A DNA stretch of 20,666 nucleotides from Candidatus Heimdallarchaeota archaeon (GCA_016839945.1 JAEOTE010000102.1:1-20666); one strand, 5' to 3'; shown: positions 1 to 9,642, counted from the stretch's first letter. Numbers and translations are program-made. The notes: generated by a model from the letters alone, not told the origin.

Positions 1-732
1 ATAGGTTTTTTCCATTCCGGATACTTTCTCTGCTAACTTGAGTTCCTTTTCAGGATCAAGTGCTACATAACAGAGACGTTCTTTTATGTCTCTAACGATT
101 TCTCTCTCAGCACTGCTTGAGAGTGAATATCCTCTTTGACGGAGTAGTCTTCGTAGATAGTCTGTAATATCACGACCACCAATGTCAGAACGATGAATAG
201 CGTGACTTATAGCGAATCCTTCATACACTGGTACGATGTGTGTTACACCGTCTCCAGAGTCTACAACTATACCAGTTGTACGACCCGACGCATAAAGAGA
301 CAATATAGCCTGCATTGATATGTACATTGCAGGTACATTAAATGTATCAAACATTAGTTCTGCCATCTTCTCCTTATTTTGGTTTTTATTCAAAGGAGGT
401 TCAGTTAGCAAAACAGGATGTTCGTTTGGATTGACTCTTAAATCGTTGTAAAAGGTATAATGCCAAATTCTCTCCATAGCATCCCAATCTTGTACTTGTC
501 CATGTTCGACAGGATATACAAGTTTCAGAACACCACGAAGATTGATAGCTTCCTCACCTATGTAATATTCACGCACATAGTGCTCTACATCAGTCATAAT
601 TATTTGATATTTTGGATAACCAATAATTGTTGGAAATACGCTTCTAGGTTGATCTTCTCCGGCAAAACCATTTTTGGTAAAGCCCGTTCCATTATCTATA
701 ACCAGCGGTTTGTTTTGAATCATCTCTTCCAT
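1..732 (-). CDS. Actin (Lokiactin/Asgard actin), 5' part; truncated by the window edge
   Basis: Manual translation of the reverse strand from ATG 732 is open for 244 codons: [38 protein letters not shown]...[43 protein letters not shown]...[42 protein letters not shown]...GGRDITDYL...[18 protein letters not shown]. It has the actin phosphate-1 (DNGTG) and phosphate-2 (DSGDG) loops and long blocks nearly identical to eukaryotic actin. Absent from the ORF track because the stop lies outside the window. Confidence 0.98.
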   Translation of the reverse strand, partial: MEEMIQNKPLVIDNGTGFTKNGFAGEDQPRSVFPTIIGYPKYQIIMTDVEHYVREYYIGEEAINLRGVLKLVYPVEHGQVQDWDAMERIWHYTFYNDLRVNPNEHPVLLTEPPLNKNQNKEKMAELMFDTFNVPAMYISMQAILSLYASGRTTGIVVDSGDGVTHIVPVYEGFAISHAIHRSDIGGRDITDYLRRLLRQRGYSLSSSAEREIVRDIKERLCYVALDPEKELKLAEKVSGMEKTY

Positions 733-1313
733 AGTAATCACTTTTCTACTACTTTTTGTTTTTACTCAATTTAGTTATGGTCTTATGGATTCATAACCCT
801 ATAGTATTAATTAAACTTTTTGATAGTATGAGCAAGCTAATCATTAACACTATAGTAGCTTTTATAAGGCCAACAATTGATTCTTGTCAATTTGAACTTC
901 CCTTAACTCTCTTATTTTTACATGTTTTTCAACTAAATAATAATCAAAGTCAAAAAATTGTAAATTCCTTAATTAAAAAGCATGAGAACTAGTCTAGAAA
1001 AACTTTACCTTAGAAAATTATTAGTTATTTATGATTTTGCTTGCTTCATTTTTCAACTCTTTTTTACAGTAGAAAGATTCCTCTCTATTGATGATTATTT
1101 TCTCTCTAATCATCGGAATGATAAGAATCCAATCTTTGAAATAAATGCGATTTCTTTAACAGTTTTATTACTAAAATTTCTTAAAACATTCCAATAATTA
1201 AAACAATAATAATCTAATTATTAAAATAAACTTAAGAACATTAATAAGTGTTTTTAATCAAATCTTTGTCAGCCATTAGAGTTTAGTCTGATGGCGTTTA
1301 CAAGGTGTATTAT

Positions 1314-3122
1314 ATGAATAGAAAATTAATAATAGGTTTAAGTATAATAGCTTTATTTGCTATATCAACGACTGTTGGAACAACACTAGCTCAACAAACT
1401 AGAATACAAACAGCATTTTCGTTTAGTATGCTATCACCTAATACAAGCCCTGCTAGAAATCAGTGGTCGTTGTTAATGGAACAGACATTACCAAAAATTG
1501 GTATATCTGTTCAGTTTCACGAATCAACCGGATGGGGTAATATTGGACCTAGATCTTGGTCTTATCCATTATTAGACTATGATTATATCCCAACATACGC
1601 AGAGGGAGGATATGACATGTTCTTTGTTGGATGGTCTTGGGGTTTAGACCCAACTGATTTACAAGGATTATATGAAACATCTGCCATTATCCCAGCTGGT
1701 AGTAATCACTATCAATACTCAAGTCCAGTATACGATGCTTTGCTAGAAGACTTCTTAGCAGCAGTAGATCCTGTGGAAAGAAACAGTTTATTATCTGATA
1801 TTCAAGAGGTTTTATACGATGATCTTCCAGCGATAGCTATTGTTTATCCTAGATCACTCTTTGGTTTTAGAGATTCAGTCGCAGGAATTGACAATTTATT
1901 AATTGCCAGTTCACATCATCGAGCTGAATATTGGGATGATCCAGATGATCATATACTAAAATATGCTATCCCAGGAGATTTGAGAGAATTCAATTCTTTC
2001 GTTGTGGAATCCTTTTATGATATACAATGGATGCAGTGTGTATACGGTTCCATAGTTCAAAGAGCTCAGAATACTCATGAATGGGAACCTCACATAGCTA
2101 CTGATGTAGTTGTTTCTGAAATAATTGATGAAAAAATTAATGTTACAGTTACATTAGATCCTAATGCCAAATTTAGTGATGGAAGCGATCTTCTTCCAGA
2201 AGATCTTAAGTATACCTTTGAACTCTTGATGTCTCCAGTTGTTGGTTCAAATCAATATGGAACTTTGACTTATTGGTTCCCATCAAATGATTCTATTGAA
2301 ATAGTTGGAGGACCAGCTGGCAATGTTCCCGGTGGTCAAGTACTATTCAAATATAGTGGTGTTTTTAACTTCCCATTAAGTGTGCTACAACAATACATAA
2401 TCGATAAAAGTGATGTATCAGCTAAAATTGCATCTTTCGGGTACGATATCTTCAATGAAGTACCCGGTACAGGTGATGTTGGTTGGTCATTAGTAAAATC
2501 CTGTGGTCCATTTATGGTACAAAGCTATGATTCTGTAGGAAGCGTAGTTCACATGGTTCCAAACACTCATTGGCATGGAACAACTCCTTCACTTACTGAT
2601 CTTTATGTCACATTTATTATGGGTAAAGATAACGCTATTTCTGAATTGAGACTAGGTAACATAGATGTAATGGATGCTCAATATTTCCCTGTTTTATCAG
2701 ACTTTGAAGGTGAAATAGGAATTGAAGGCGTTCTTGTAAAAGATCCCTCTCATCAAGAAATGTCTTTCAATATGAAGCATCCTGTTATGGGAACTGGTGA
2801 ATTAACTCCACTAGGTACCCCAGAAGCAGCAAAATATATACGTAAAGCATTTAGTTATGCATGCCCACGAAATGTAATTGTAAATGAGATTCTACAAGGT
2901 CTTGGAGCTCCAGCAACTACTGCTATACCTGACTCTGTCGTTGGCTATGATGATTCTCTTGAACCTTATCCATATGATATAGATTTAGCTATATCTATGG
3001 TAGAAGCAGCAGGATTTAAAGTGAAAGTACCAGTAACAGAAGAAAGTGGAATAGCTGGGTTAGTTTTTCTAACCTTCCTTGGAGTAGCAGCTTTAGAAGC
3101 TATTAGAAGATATAGAAAATAA
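1314..3122 (+). CDS. ABC transporter substrate-binding protein, family 5 (OppA/DppA-like), circularly permuted, with N-terminal signal peptide and C-terminal membrane anchor
   Basis: Motifs KFSDGSDLLPEDLKYTF, CGPF, FNMKHP..IRKAFSYA, YPYDIDLA..AAGF, DPVER..IQEVLYDDLPAIAIVYP. Start moved from GTG 1305 to ATG 1314 because AGGTG (1303-1307) is an SD at 6 nt spacing. The C-terminus is hydrophobic followed by RRYRK. Confidence 0.9.
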   Translation: MNRKLIIGLSIIALFAISTTVGTTLAQQTRIQTAFSFSMLSPNTSPARNQWSLLMEQTLPKIGISVQFHESTGWGNIGPRSWSYPLLDYDYIPTYAEGGYDMFFVGWSWGLDPTDLQGLYETSAIIPAGSNHYQYSSPVYDALLEDFLAAVDPVERNSLLSDIQEVLYDDLPAIAIVYPRSLFGFRDSVAGIDNLLIASSHHRAEYWDDPDDHILKYAIPGDLREFNSFVVESFYDIQWMQCVYGSIVQRAQNTHEWEPHIATDVVVSEIIDEKINVTVTLDPNAKFSDGSDLLPEDLKYTFELLMSPVVGSNQYGTLTYWFPSNDSIEIVGGPAGNVPGGQVLFKYSGVFNFPLSVLQQYIIDKSDVSAKIASFGYDIFNEVPGTGDVGWSLVKSCGPFMVQSYDSVGSVVHMVPNTHWHGTTPSLTDLYVTFIMGKDNAISELRLGNIDVMDAQYFPVLSDFEGEIGIEGVLVKDPSHQEMSFNMKHPVMGTGELTPLGTPEAAKYIRKAFSYACPRNVIVNEILQGLGAPATTAIPDSVVGYDDSLEPYPYDIDLAISMVEAAGFKVKVPVTEESGIAGLVFLTFLGVAALEAIRRYRK

Positions 3123-3145
3123 TTTTTTTCTTTTTTCTTTTTTTC
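3123..3145 (+). terminator. Oligo-T archaeal terminator of the SBP gene, between convergent genes
   Basis: TTTTTTTCTTTTTTCTTTTTTTC directly after the stop codon. Confidence 0.55.
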
Positions 3146-3988
3146 TTATTTTAGCATATTTTCTTTGAGTAATCTTTCTCTTTTTTCTCTTCTAGCGTTT
3201 TTCTCTTCATTCATAAATTTATCCAGCTTATTTTCTTGTTCTTTAGAATAATATTCACCTTTAGAATAGACAATATTCATACTTGATTCTTTCTTAGTTG
3301 ATTCCATCCCTTTGAGATTTACTTCAGGGTCTGCACATACAACATAAGACTTTTGTTTAGATTCTAATTGACCTAAGTCAACGCTTTTGATTTTATTTCT
3401 TTCAACTGAAATAGAGTTTAGTTTACTAAAATCAGAAATAGGTTTGAGATTTATTTTAGATAATAAATTATCTCCTAAATCTATCTCACGGATATTTTTA
3501 CAATCACTAAGAGCTTCTAGATTTATATCCTTAATTTCGTTGCTATACAATCTTAGTTCCTCTATGTTTGACCATTGTGTATGAGAATTAAATTTTACAA
3601 TTTTCAATAGATTATAATCCAGATTGAGTATTCTTAATTCCAAATTTTTACAAATGGAGATAAGATCTATTTCCAGAAGCAGATTGTTATGTAAGTTAAG
3701 TATTTCAAGTTGTTTGCAATTTTGGAGAGGACTTATATCCAATTCTATTAGACAATTATTACTAAGATCTAATTTCCTCAATTTAGGGCAATCTTTTAAA
3801 GGAGATAAGTCAATTTTTCGAATATTGTTTGAACTTATGTCCAGCTCTTGAAGGTTTTTACATTTCTTGAGAGATTTTAAAGAGATTTCTTCTAAACTGG
3901 CATTCGTAATAACAAGTTGATCAATATTTATGTCAATCTCAAATTGAAACTCACCAATATTGTCTCTACCAGTGATAATAGCTTTCAT
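3146..3988 (-). CDS. Leucine-rich repeat protein (about 24-aa repeats, IDLSPLxxCxxLxxLxLxxNxL)
   Basis: About 7-8 tandem LRRs, e.g. KIDLSPLKDCPKLRKLDLSNNCL and ELDISPLQNCKQLEILNLHNNLL, then a charged helical tail. Start is either ATG 3988 or TTG 3994. Confidence 0.9.
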   Translation of the reverse strand: MKAIITGRDNIGEFQFEIDINIDQLVITNASLEEISLKSLKKCKNLQELDISSNNIRKIDLSPLKDCPKLRKLDLSNNCLIELDISPLQNCKQLEILNLHNNLLLEIDLISICKNLELRILNLDYNLLKIVKFNSHTQWSNIEELRLYSNEIKDINLEALSDCKNIREIDLGDNLLSKINLKPISDFSKLNSISVERNKIKSVDLGQLESKQKSYVVCADPEVNLKGMESTKKESSMNIVYSKGEYYSKEQENKLDKFMNEEKNARREKRERLLKENMLK

Positions 3989-4113
3989 ACCCAATCAAAC
4001 CAGATTAAATTGACTTGAATCTATTTTAAATATCCTCAATTATTTACAAGAACGAACTGATTTAAGTCTGTTTCTATGCTAATTTTAAAAAGTGAAAAAT
4101 CTTTCTTTTTCTC

Positions 4114-4854
4114 ATGAGTATTAAACCTGATGTTTTATTGTCTCAAATATTAGATGAACTTAGCAAACATGCTAGCGAGAGATATCGTCAAGCAATAGAG
4201 CATTATTTAAAAGTAAAACCACATAATTTGGAATATCTAGGAGTAAGAATACCAGAAATTAGAAAGATAGCTAATGCTTTCTTTCAAGAACTAAAATCTC
4301 TAGGTATAAAAAATGTAGATGATATCATACTGTATTGTGATCATTTACTAGAAAGTCGTATCGCAGAACTGAGAACCATCGCATTTCAGTGGAGTTTTAA
4401 ATGTAAAAACCAATTCCAACCAAAGCACTTTAATGTATTTGAAAGATGGCTGAAAAAATTTGTTACTGGTTGGGGAAGCACAGATGATTTTTGTGTTAAA
4501 TCCCTTGGGTACTTCATTTATACTTTCCCTGAATTTATACCTAAAGTAAAAAAATGGGTCAATTCTAAAAGTCAATGGGTTAGAAGAGCATCTGCTGTAG
4601 TTCTAATTTATGGTCTTAGAAGAGGTGAATTCTTAGAAGATGCTTTTGAAATTGCTGATTTATTATTTTATGATTCAGAGATGTATGTCCAAAAGGGATA
4701 TGGTTGGATGCTTAAAGAAGCAAGCAATACATACCGAAATGAAGTTTTTACTTACGTTATGAAAAATAAAGATGATATGCCAAGAACTTCTTTACGATAT
4801 GCTATTGAAAAGATGCCAGAGGAAATGAGAAAAAAAGCAATGTTGAAGAATTAA
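4114..4854 (+). CDS. DNA alkylation repair protein (AlkD-like HEAT-repeat DNA glycosylase family)
   Basis: LGVRIPEIRKIA, W..TD, W.RRAS, YVQKGYGWMLKE, RTSLRYAIEK family motifs. TTTTAAAA at about 4083-4090 suggests a leaderless transcript. Confidence 0.85.
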   Translation: MSIKPDVLLSQILDELSKHASERYRQAIEHYLKVKPHNLEYLGVRIPEIRKIANAFFQELKSLGIKNVDDIILYCDHLLESRIAELRTIAFQWSFKCKNQFQPKHFNVFERWLKKFVTGWGSTDDFCVKSLGYFIYTFPEFIPKVKKWVNSKSQWVRRASAVVLIYGLRRGEFLEDAFEIADLLFYDSEMYVQKGYGWMLKEASNTYRNEVFTYVMKNKDDMPRTSLRYAIEKMPEEMRKKAMLKN

Positions 4855-7451
4855 GTTTTTTCTTCTTTTGTCTTTGATTCAATTTCAAGTTTTTCAATGC
4901 GTGACAGTAATTTTTTCATATCTTTCTTCATTTCGTCAATGTCGTCTCGCAATTTTTTAGCTTCTTCTACCGGAGATTTTCCTTTTGATATAATCTTAAT
5001 TCTTCTATCAACTGATGGGTGATCCTGATAAGGTAGTTTTACTTTTGATTGCTCTAAACTACCAATAACGCTTGTATCTTTTAATTTACTTAATTCTCTT
5101 ACCAAAGTTTCTATCAAGAAATAATCTGTTTCTAACTTCAACAAATTGCTTAGTTTCTCGATTGTCTTTTCTTTATGTTCTTTTTCTGCCCACAATGTAG
5201 ATTCGATTATACCTCGTACCAAATCTTCTCGTGCTCTTTCAGGAACTAAACCATAATCAACTTTCGAAAGTAGATATTCTAGTGCTTTTTCATTCCTAGT
5301 TTTTCCAATAGCTCTGAAAAGATATGATAAAATGATTTCTTTGAAATCTTTCTTAATTTTGAAATTAGTAAGGAATTCATAAGCTTCTTCAGTCCTTTGT
5401 GAACCTATCACATTTAAGGCTGAAGCAGTAGCATAATACACTGTTTCTTCCCTGGAAAGATATTTCTTTGCTGCATCAAATACTATCTTATGTCGTAAGT
5501 TTGTTAAACTATCAATTAGATAAGAAAGCACCATAGGGTCATTTTCAGACTCTAATATATCAGTTAAAGCTACAATTGCTTCATAATTAGGTGATTTGGC
5601 AAGAGCTTTTGCGAATTCTCTCTTTACACCCCAAAATGTTTCATTCTTATAAGCACTTACAATTTCTTCGATGTTCTTCTTTTTTCCTTTCTTTGCAAGT
5701 TCTTTAGAAGCTAATACTTTTCCTATAACATTGCTATTCTTCAACTGACGAATTAACATCTTATCCCCAGGATTAAAATCTAGAGAGAACAGAACTTTGT
5801 AATCTGGATCAAGTCTTATTTGCAATGGTTTTTTATTACTTTCAAAAAAGAAAGTGTGTTCTTTTTCTTCAATCTCAAATGTTTCACTTTTAAAAGTTCC
5901 TTCTTCATCTTCCCACATTACATCTAAAGGAAATTTGAATAAACCTATGTTCTTTTTTTCGTCTATTTGAGTCTGCTTTATCTCTAAGGAGCATAATTTC
6001 TTCTTATCGTCATATTCGAATTTTGCTTTAATTTTTGGATATCCTGGGCTATAAAGCCATTGTTCGAAGAATTCCTCTAAGCTTAATCCAGAATGAACTT
6101 CAAGTTTTCTTTGAAAGTCAACTGTTTCAACAGTTTTTCCTACAAAGGATTGAACATAGTCTATGACAGCATCCCAGAAGAAATCATTTCCAACAACGTG
6201 TCTTAACATATGAATTCTCCACGCACCACCTGGATAAAGATGAGCATCATACATATCCCAACTGCTATCGTATTTATTCGTTACAATCGGTCTTGCATAC
6301 CTTGAATCTGATTCTCTCATGTATCTTATCGCATTAAGATATAAATCATAGAGAGCTTCGTTTTCCCCATAAATGTCTTCATAGTATAAGGTTTCAACAT
6401 AAACAGCCCAACTCTCCTTCAACCAACCATGAGAAAATTCTCTACATACAATCATATCTCCAAACCAAGAATGAGCCATCTCATGAACATTTACGGCGTC
6501 TAACGTCCACCAATATTCTTTATATTTTGTTTCATCAAGAACTGCAAATTCGCTCCAAGTTACAAAACTAATATTTTCCATGGCTCCCCCATGCTTTGTT
6601 GTTGCAATCTGGTAGTATTTAGACCATTCAAGTGGTGTTCTAAATTTCTTCCACATCCACTCTAACATCTTTGGAGTTCTATCAAAAGCTCTCTTTAGAT
6701 CATCAGGTTTGAATGGTTTTGTGGTAAAATAAGCAATGGGAATTTCCCCTCTACCTGCATCAACAGATCTATCTTCATATTTGACAAATTCACCTATTGC
6801 AATTGTTAAAAGATATGCAGGACATGGAAACTCTTGTTTCCAAACAGAAGTTTTTGTACCATCCTCGTGTTGAATTTCTTCAATGAGTTTTCCATTAGCT
6901 AGAATTGTATAATCGCTTTTAGCTCTAAGATAAAAATCGATTGAACATCTTACAGAAATATGATCAATGCATGGAAGCCAATATCTGGCTCTTTCTGATT
7001 CATGATCTGCAACAACATAAATAGGTCTTTCAGGATATATGTCATCAGGATAACTAAAATATAATCCAGCTATAGGTTCAGAGATAGTATAGTTTATTGT
7101 AATTTCTTTTTCTTCTCCTTTTTCAAATCCTTTATTCCAGTTTAGCTGTATTTTGTTTCCATCATAATTCCATGAATCAACTCCTTTTACTTCATGAATA
7201 TCAAGATCAACTGCATGAAATTCAATTTTGCTAGCGTTTGCGACATTAGCTTTAATAATAGTTGATACAGAACCTTCTGCAAATTTTCTTGCTAAATCAA
7301 ACTTCAATTTAATGGTCTGATGAATTGGTTCTAATTGAATGGAAGGTGGATAATGTTTTTCGGCTTGAGGAGTGGCAAAATCCTTTCCTTTTAGTAATAA
7401 TGAATACTTATCAATTGTCATAATCTTCAGAGGTAATTTATATAACCCCAT
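4851..7451 (-). CDS. pepN: M1-family Zn aminopeptidase with C-terminal HEAT-like repeats and coiled-coil tail
   Basis: GAMEN exopeptidase motif, HEMAH-x18-E (WLKES) Zn motif, catalytic Tyr in LYPGGAW. The C-terminal region is helical repeats plus a heptad tail. Alternative start at ATG 7421. Confidence 0.93.
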   Translation of the reverse strand: MGLYKLPLKIMTIDKYSLLLKGKDFATPQAEKHYPPSIQLEPIHQTIKLKFDLARKFAEGSVSTIIKANVANASKIEFHAVDLDIHEVKGVDSWNYDGNKIQLNWNKGFEKGEEKEITINYTISEPIAGLYFSYPDDIYPERPIYVVADHESERARYWLPCIDHISVRCSIDFYLRAKSDYTILANGKLIEEIQHEDGTKTSVWKQEFPCPAYLLTIAIGEFVKYEDRSVDAGRGEIPIAYFTTKPFKPDDLKRAFDRTPKMLEWMWKKFRTPLEWSKYYQIATTKHGGAMENISFVTWSEFAVLDETKYKEYWWTLDAVNVHEMAHSWFGDMIVCREFSHGWLKESWAVYVETLYYEDIYGENEALYDLYLNAIRYMRESDSRYARPIVTNKYDSSWDMYDAHLYPGGAWRIHMLRHVVGNDFFWDAVIDYVQSFVGKTVETVDFQRKLEVHSGLSLEEFFEQWLYSPGYPKIKAKFEYDDKKKLCSLEIKQTQIDEKKNIGLFKFPLDVMWEDEEGTFKSETFEIEEKEHTFFFESNKKPLQIRLDPDYKVLFSLDFNPGDKMLIRQLKNSNVIGKVLASKELAKKGKKKNIEEIVSAYKNETFWGVKREFAKALAKSPNYEAIVALTDILESENDPMVLSYLIDSLTNLRHKIVFDAAKKYLSREETVYYATASALNVIGSQRTEEAYEFLTNFKIKKDFKEIILSYLFRAIGKTRNEKALEYLLSKVDYGLVPERAREDLVRGIIESTLWAEKEHKEKTIEKLSNLLKLETDYFLIETLVRELSKLKDTSVIGSLEQSKVKLPYQDHPSVDRRIKIISKGKSPVEEAKKLRDDIDEMKKDMKKLLSRIEKLEIESKTKEEKT

Positions 7452-7482
7452 TAAAAGTTTTTTACTATCTTTCTGCCAGAGA

Positions 7483-7497
7483 GGAAGACTTTAAAAT
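7483..7497 (+). promoter_or_regulatory. Putative BRE/TATA promoter of the atpI-atpC unit
   Basis: Purine-rich GGAAGAC followed by TTTAAAAT about 50 nt upstream of ATG 7546; GGTG SD near 7534. Confidence 0.4.
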
Positions 7498-7545
7498 ATT
7501 GACAAAACTGCTATCGTGACTAGAGATACAATTGGTGTCGAATAA

Positions 7546-9642
7546 ATGGTGAATGTTTTATCACAAATCAAGAATATCTTTATTTCTCCACACAAGTTAG
7601 TCAAAATACAGATTCCTAAAGAACAAACACACAAATTTCTGATAAAGATAGATGTATCAGATTTCTTCACTCAAACTGTAGTTGATCCTCAAAATCCAAA
7701 AGAACAAGCTCTAATTCAAGAATTTATAGATCAGTTAGAGGACAAACGTTCACGCTTAGTGGATATAAGCTATAAGCTTAATATTCCTGTTTCTATTGAT
7801 TTTGAGTTAAAACTAGAAGAGGATGAATATCCGGCTAATATGAATCTATTATCGAAAGAAATTGATCAATTTCTGTCAGAAAATGAAGAAACAATTTCAT
7901 CTTTGTACCAAAAATTACATCTCCTGAAAAAGGAAGAAAGAGTTCTTTCATCTATATCTCTTTTACAGAAGAAAACAAAAGAAGAAAATTTCTCAATTAA
8001 TTTATTATCTTCAAATTTTCAAACTCATACTTTTATTGGAGAAATCCCTGCATCATATGAAGAAGTTATACGCTTCTATCTTACTGAACTTACAGGAGGA
8101 AAATTGTTCTTCTGGGTTACTGAAACTGATGTAAAAGAGAAAAAAACCTTGATGTGTATTTCGCTTATAGACTATAAAGATCAGATTGAGGAAATATTAA
8201 ATGAAAATCTTTTTGATTCAACAGAGCTTGATATTACTTTTCTAAAATCTCTTGATGCTTTCAAAGAATCTTCAAATATCGAAGATCTTTACTCTAGTGT
8301 TTCAAAAGACATCAGTGCAATTGAAAAGGAGTTAGAGAACTTTTCCTCTAAATATAATGAAAAAATAATACAATTTATTAAATCATCACATATAGCTTTA
8401 GAGTTGTTATCTTTTGAAGAGAAGGGAAGAACAACAGATAAAGAGTTTACAATTTGGGGCTGGGTAAAAAGAAACAATATTGATAAATTCAAGAAAGATC
8501 TTGATTCATTGGAATTCAAATCTAAAATGCTTATTTTAGAAGATGTTCCTTTCCCATACAAAAAATCAAAAGAAATAATAGAAAAAGATATTTTTCAACC
8601 CTCAGATTATCTAGTTGAAACAAAGGAAGAACAACACATAGCTCATTTATCTAATAGGGGTGTTGGAGTCAAAGGTGGATTTATGTTTCCTAAAAAGGCT
8701 TCTTTTGTTAAATTAGAAACCTCTGAAAAATATTCCAGGAATTTTATTTCATTTATACATTCCCAAAATACTATTCACCCAATTAAGATTGGCTCTCAGA
8801 AAGCAGAAAAAGCAGACCAATTACTTACTCTTAAACAAGAATTAACACAATATAATTCAAGAATAAGAAAGCTAAAAGATAACTTTGATTTTGCGGAGGA
8901 AAAGGAAAAAACCAAATCAAAGTTTCAATTAGTAGATGAATATTCACACTCAAAAGCATTTATTGAGAATTTCCTAAGAGAGCATGAAAAACAAGTTACA
9001 GAGATTTTCTCAGATTATAACCAACTTAAGAAGAAATTAGAACAAATTGAATTAATTTTACCTTTTGAAGAAGAATTAAGAAAGAAAGAGCTAAGCTTAA
9101 CTCTGATTGAAGGAGGTTTTCAAACTAAAACTTATGTTGGTTCAATTCCTAAAAATCATTTCAAAGCAGCAAATTTCTTCTTAAAAGAAGTTACTGATGA
9201 CAATATCTTATTCTGGTCTTCTGATTCAACCGATCCAAAACGAAATGAAAAAAATATACTCTTATTATCATTAGAAGACTATGAAGCAGCAGTTTCTCGA
9301 GTTCTAAATGAATATTCTTTCCAACCTTTAGAATTTGATCAAGCCCTTCTTCAAGAAAAACAGGCTCTGAACGAAATTAGAAAAGAGTTACTAAAAGAAA
9401 TTGAACAGAAAGAAGCTGAAATAGAACAAATTAGTGATGCAATATCTGAAAAACTATCCGCAGCTTCTGAATTAATAGAGATAGAACTAGAAAGAATATC
9501 TACAGAAGAAATTTGTCAATTTGTAGAAAATAAAATGACACTGTGGGGTTGGATACCTGCAGATTGTTTAAAGAAATTGTATAAAGCAAAGAATAAGTTA
9601 GATTATGAGCTAGAAATCACTCTTACAGAAGATGTACCTCTA
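7546..9642 (+). repeat. Intragenic tandem protein-domain duplication (aa ~1-336 and ~380-699 of subunit I)
   Basis: Matching motifs at near-constant offset: FQT at nt 8017/9118 (367 aa), WGW at 8455/9544 (363 aa), EDVP at 8539/9628 (363 aa). The DNA is diverged, so the duplication is old. Confidence 0.88.

Noticed and set aside
460-774. 104-aa plus-strand ORF
   Set aside because: Antisense shadow of the actin gene.
756-1197. 78-aa and 71-aa plus-strand ORFs in the actin/SBP intergenic region
   Set aside because: AT-rich, low-information translations with no SD or recognisable motif, lying in a divergent promoter region. A small protein cannot be fully excluded.
1270-1301. CTGATGGCGTTTAC resembles the 3' end of a fluoride (crcB) riboswitch
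   Set aside because: The 5' GATGGnGT pseudoknot partner is absent and the downstream gene is not fluoride-related. Kept only as a generic hairpin.
3387-4575. ORFs 3387-3584, 3624-3851 and 4348-4575
   Set aside because: Antisense shadows of the LRR and AlkD-like genes.
4851-4854. Convergent AlkD-like and pepN genes share stop codons (TTAA)
   Set aside because: A common compaction feature with no functional signal.
7546-9642. Possibility that the subunit I duplication is an assembly artefact
   Set aside because: The copies are strongly diverged in both DNA and protein, and the frame is continuous. A repeat-induced mis-assembly would give near-identical copies.
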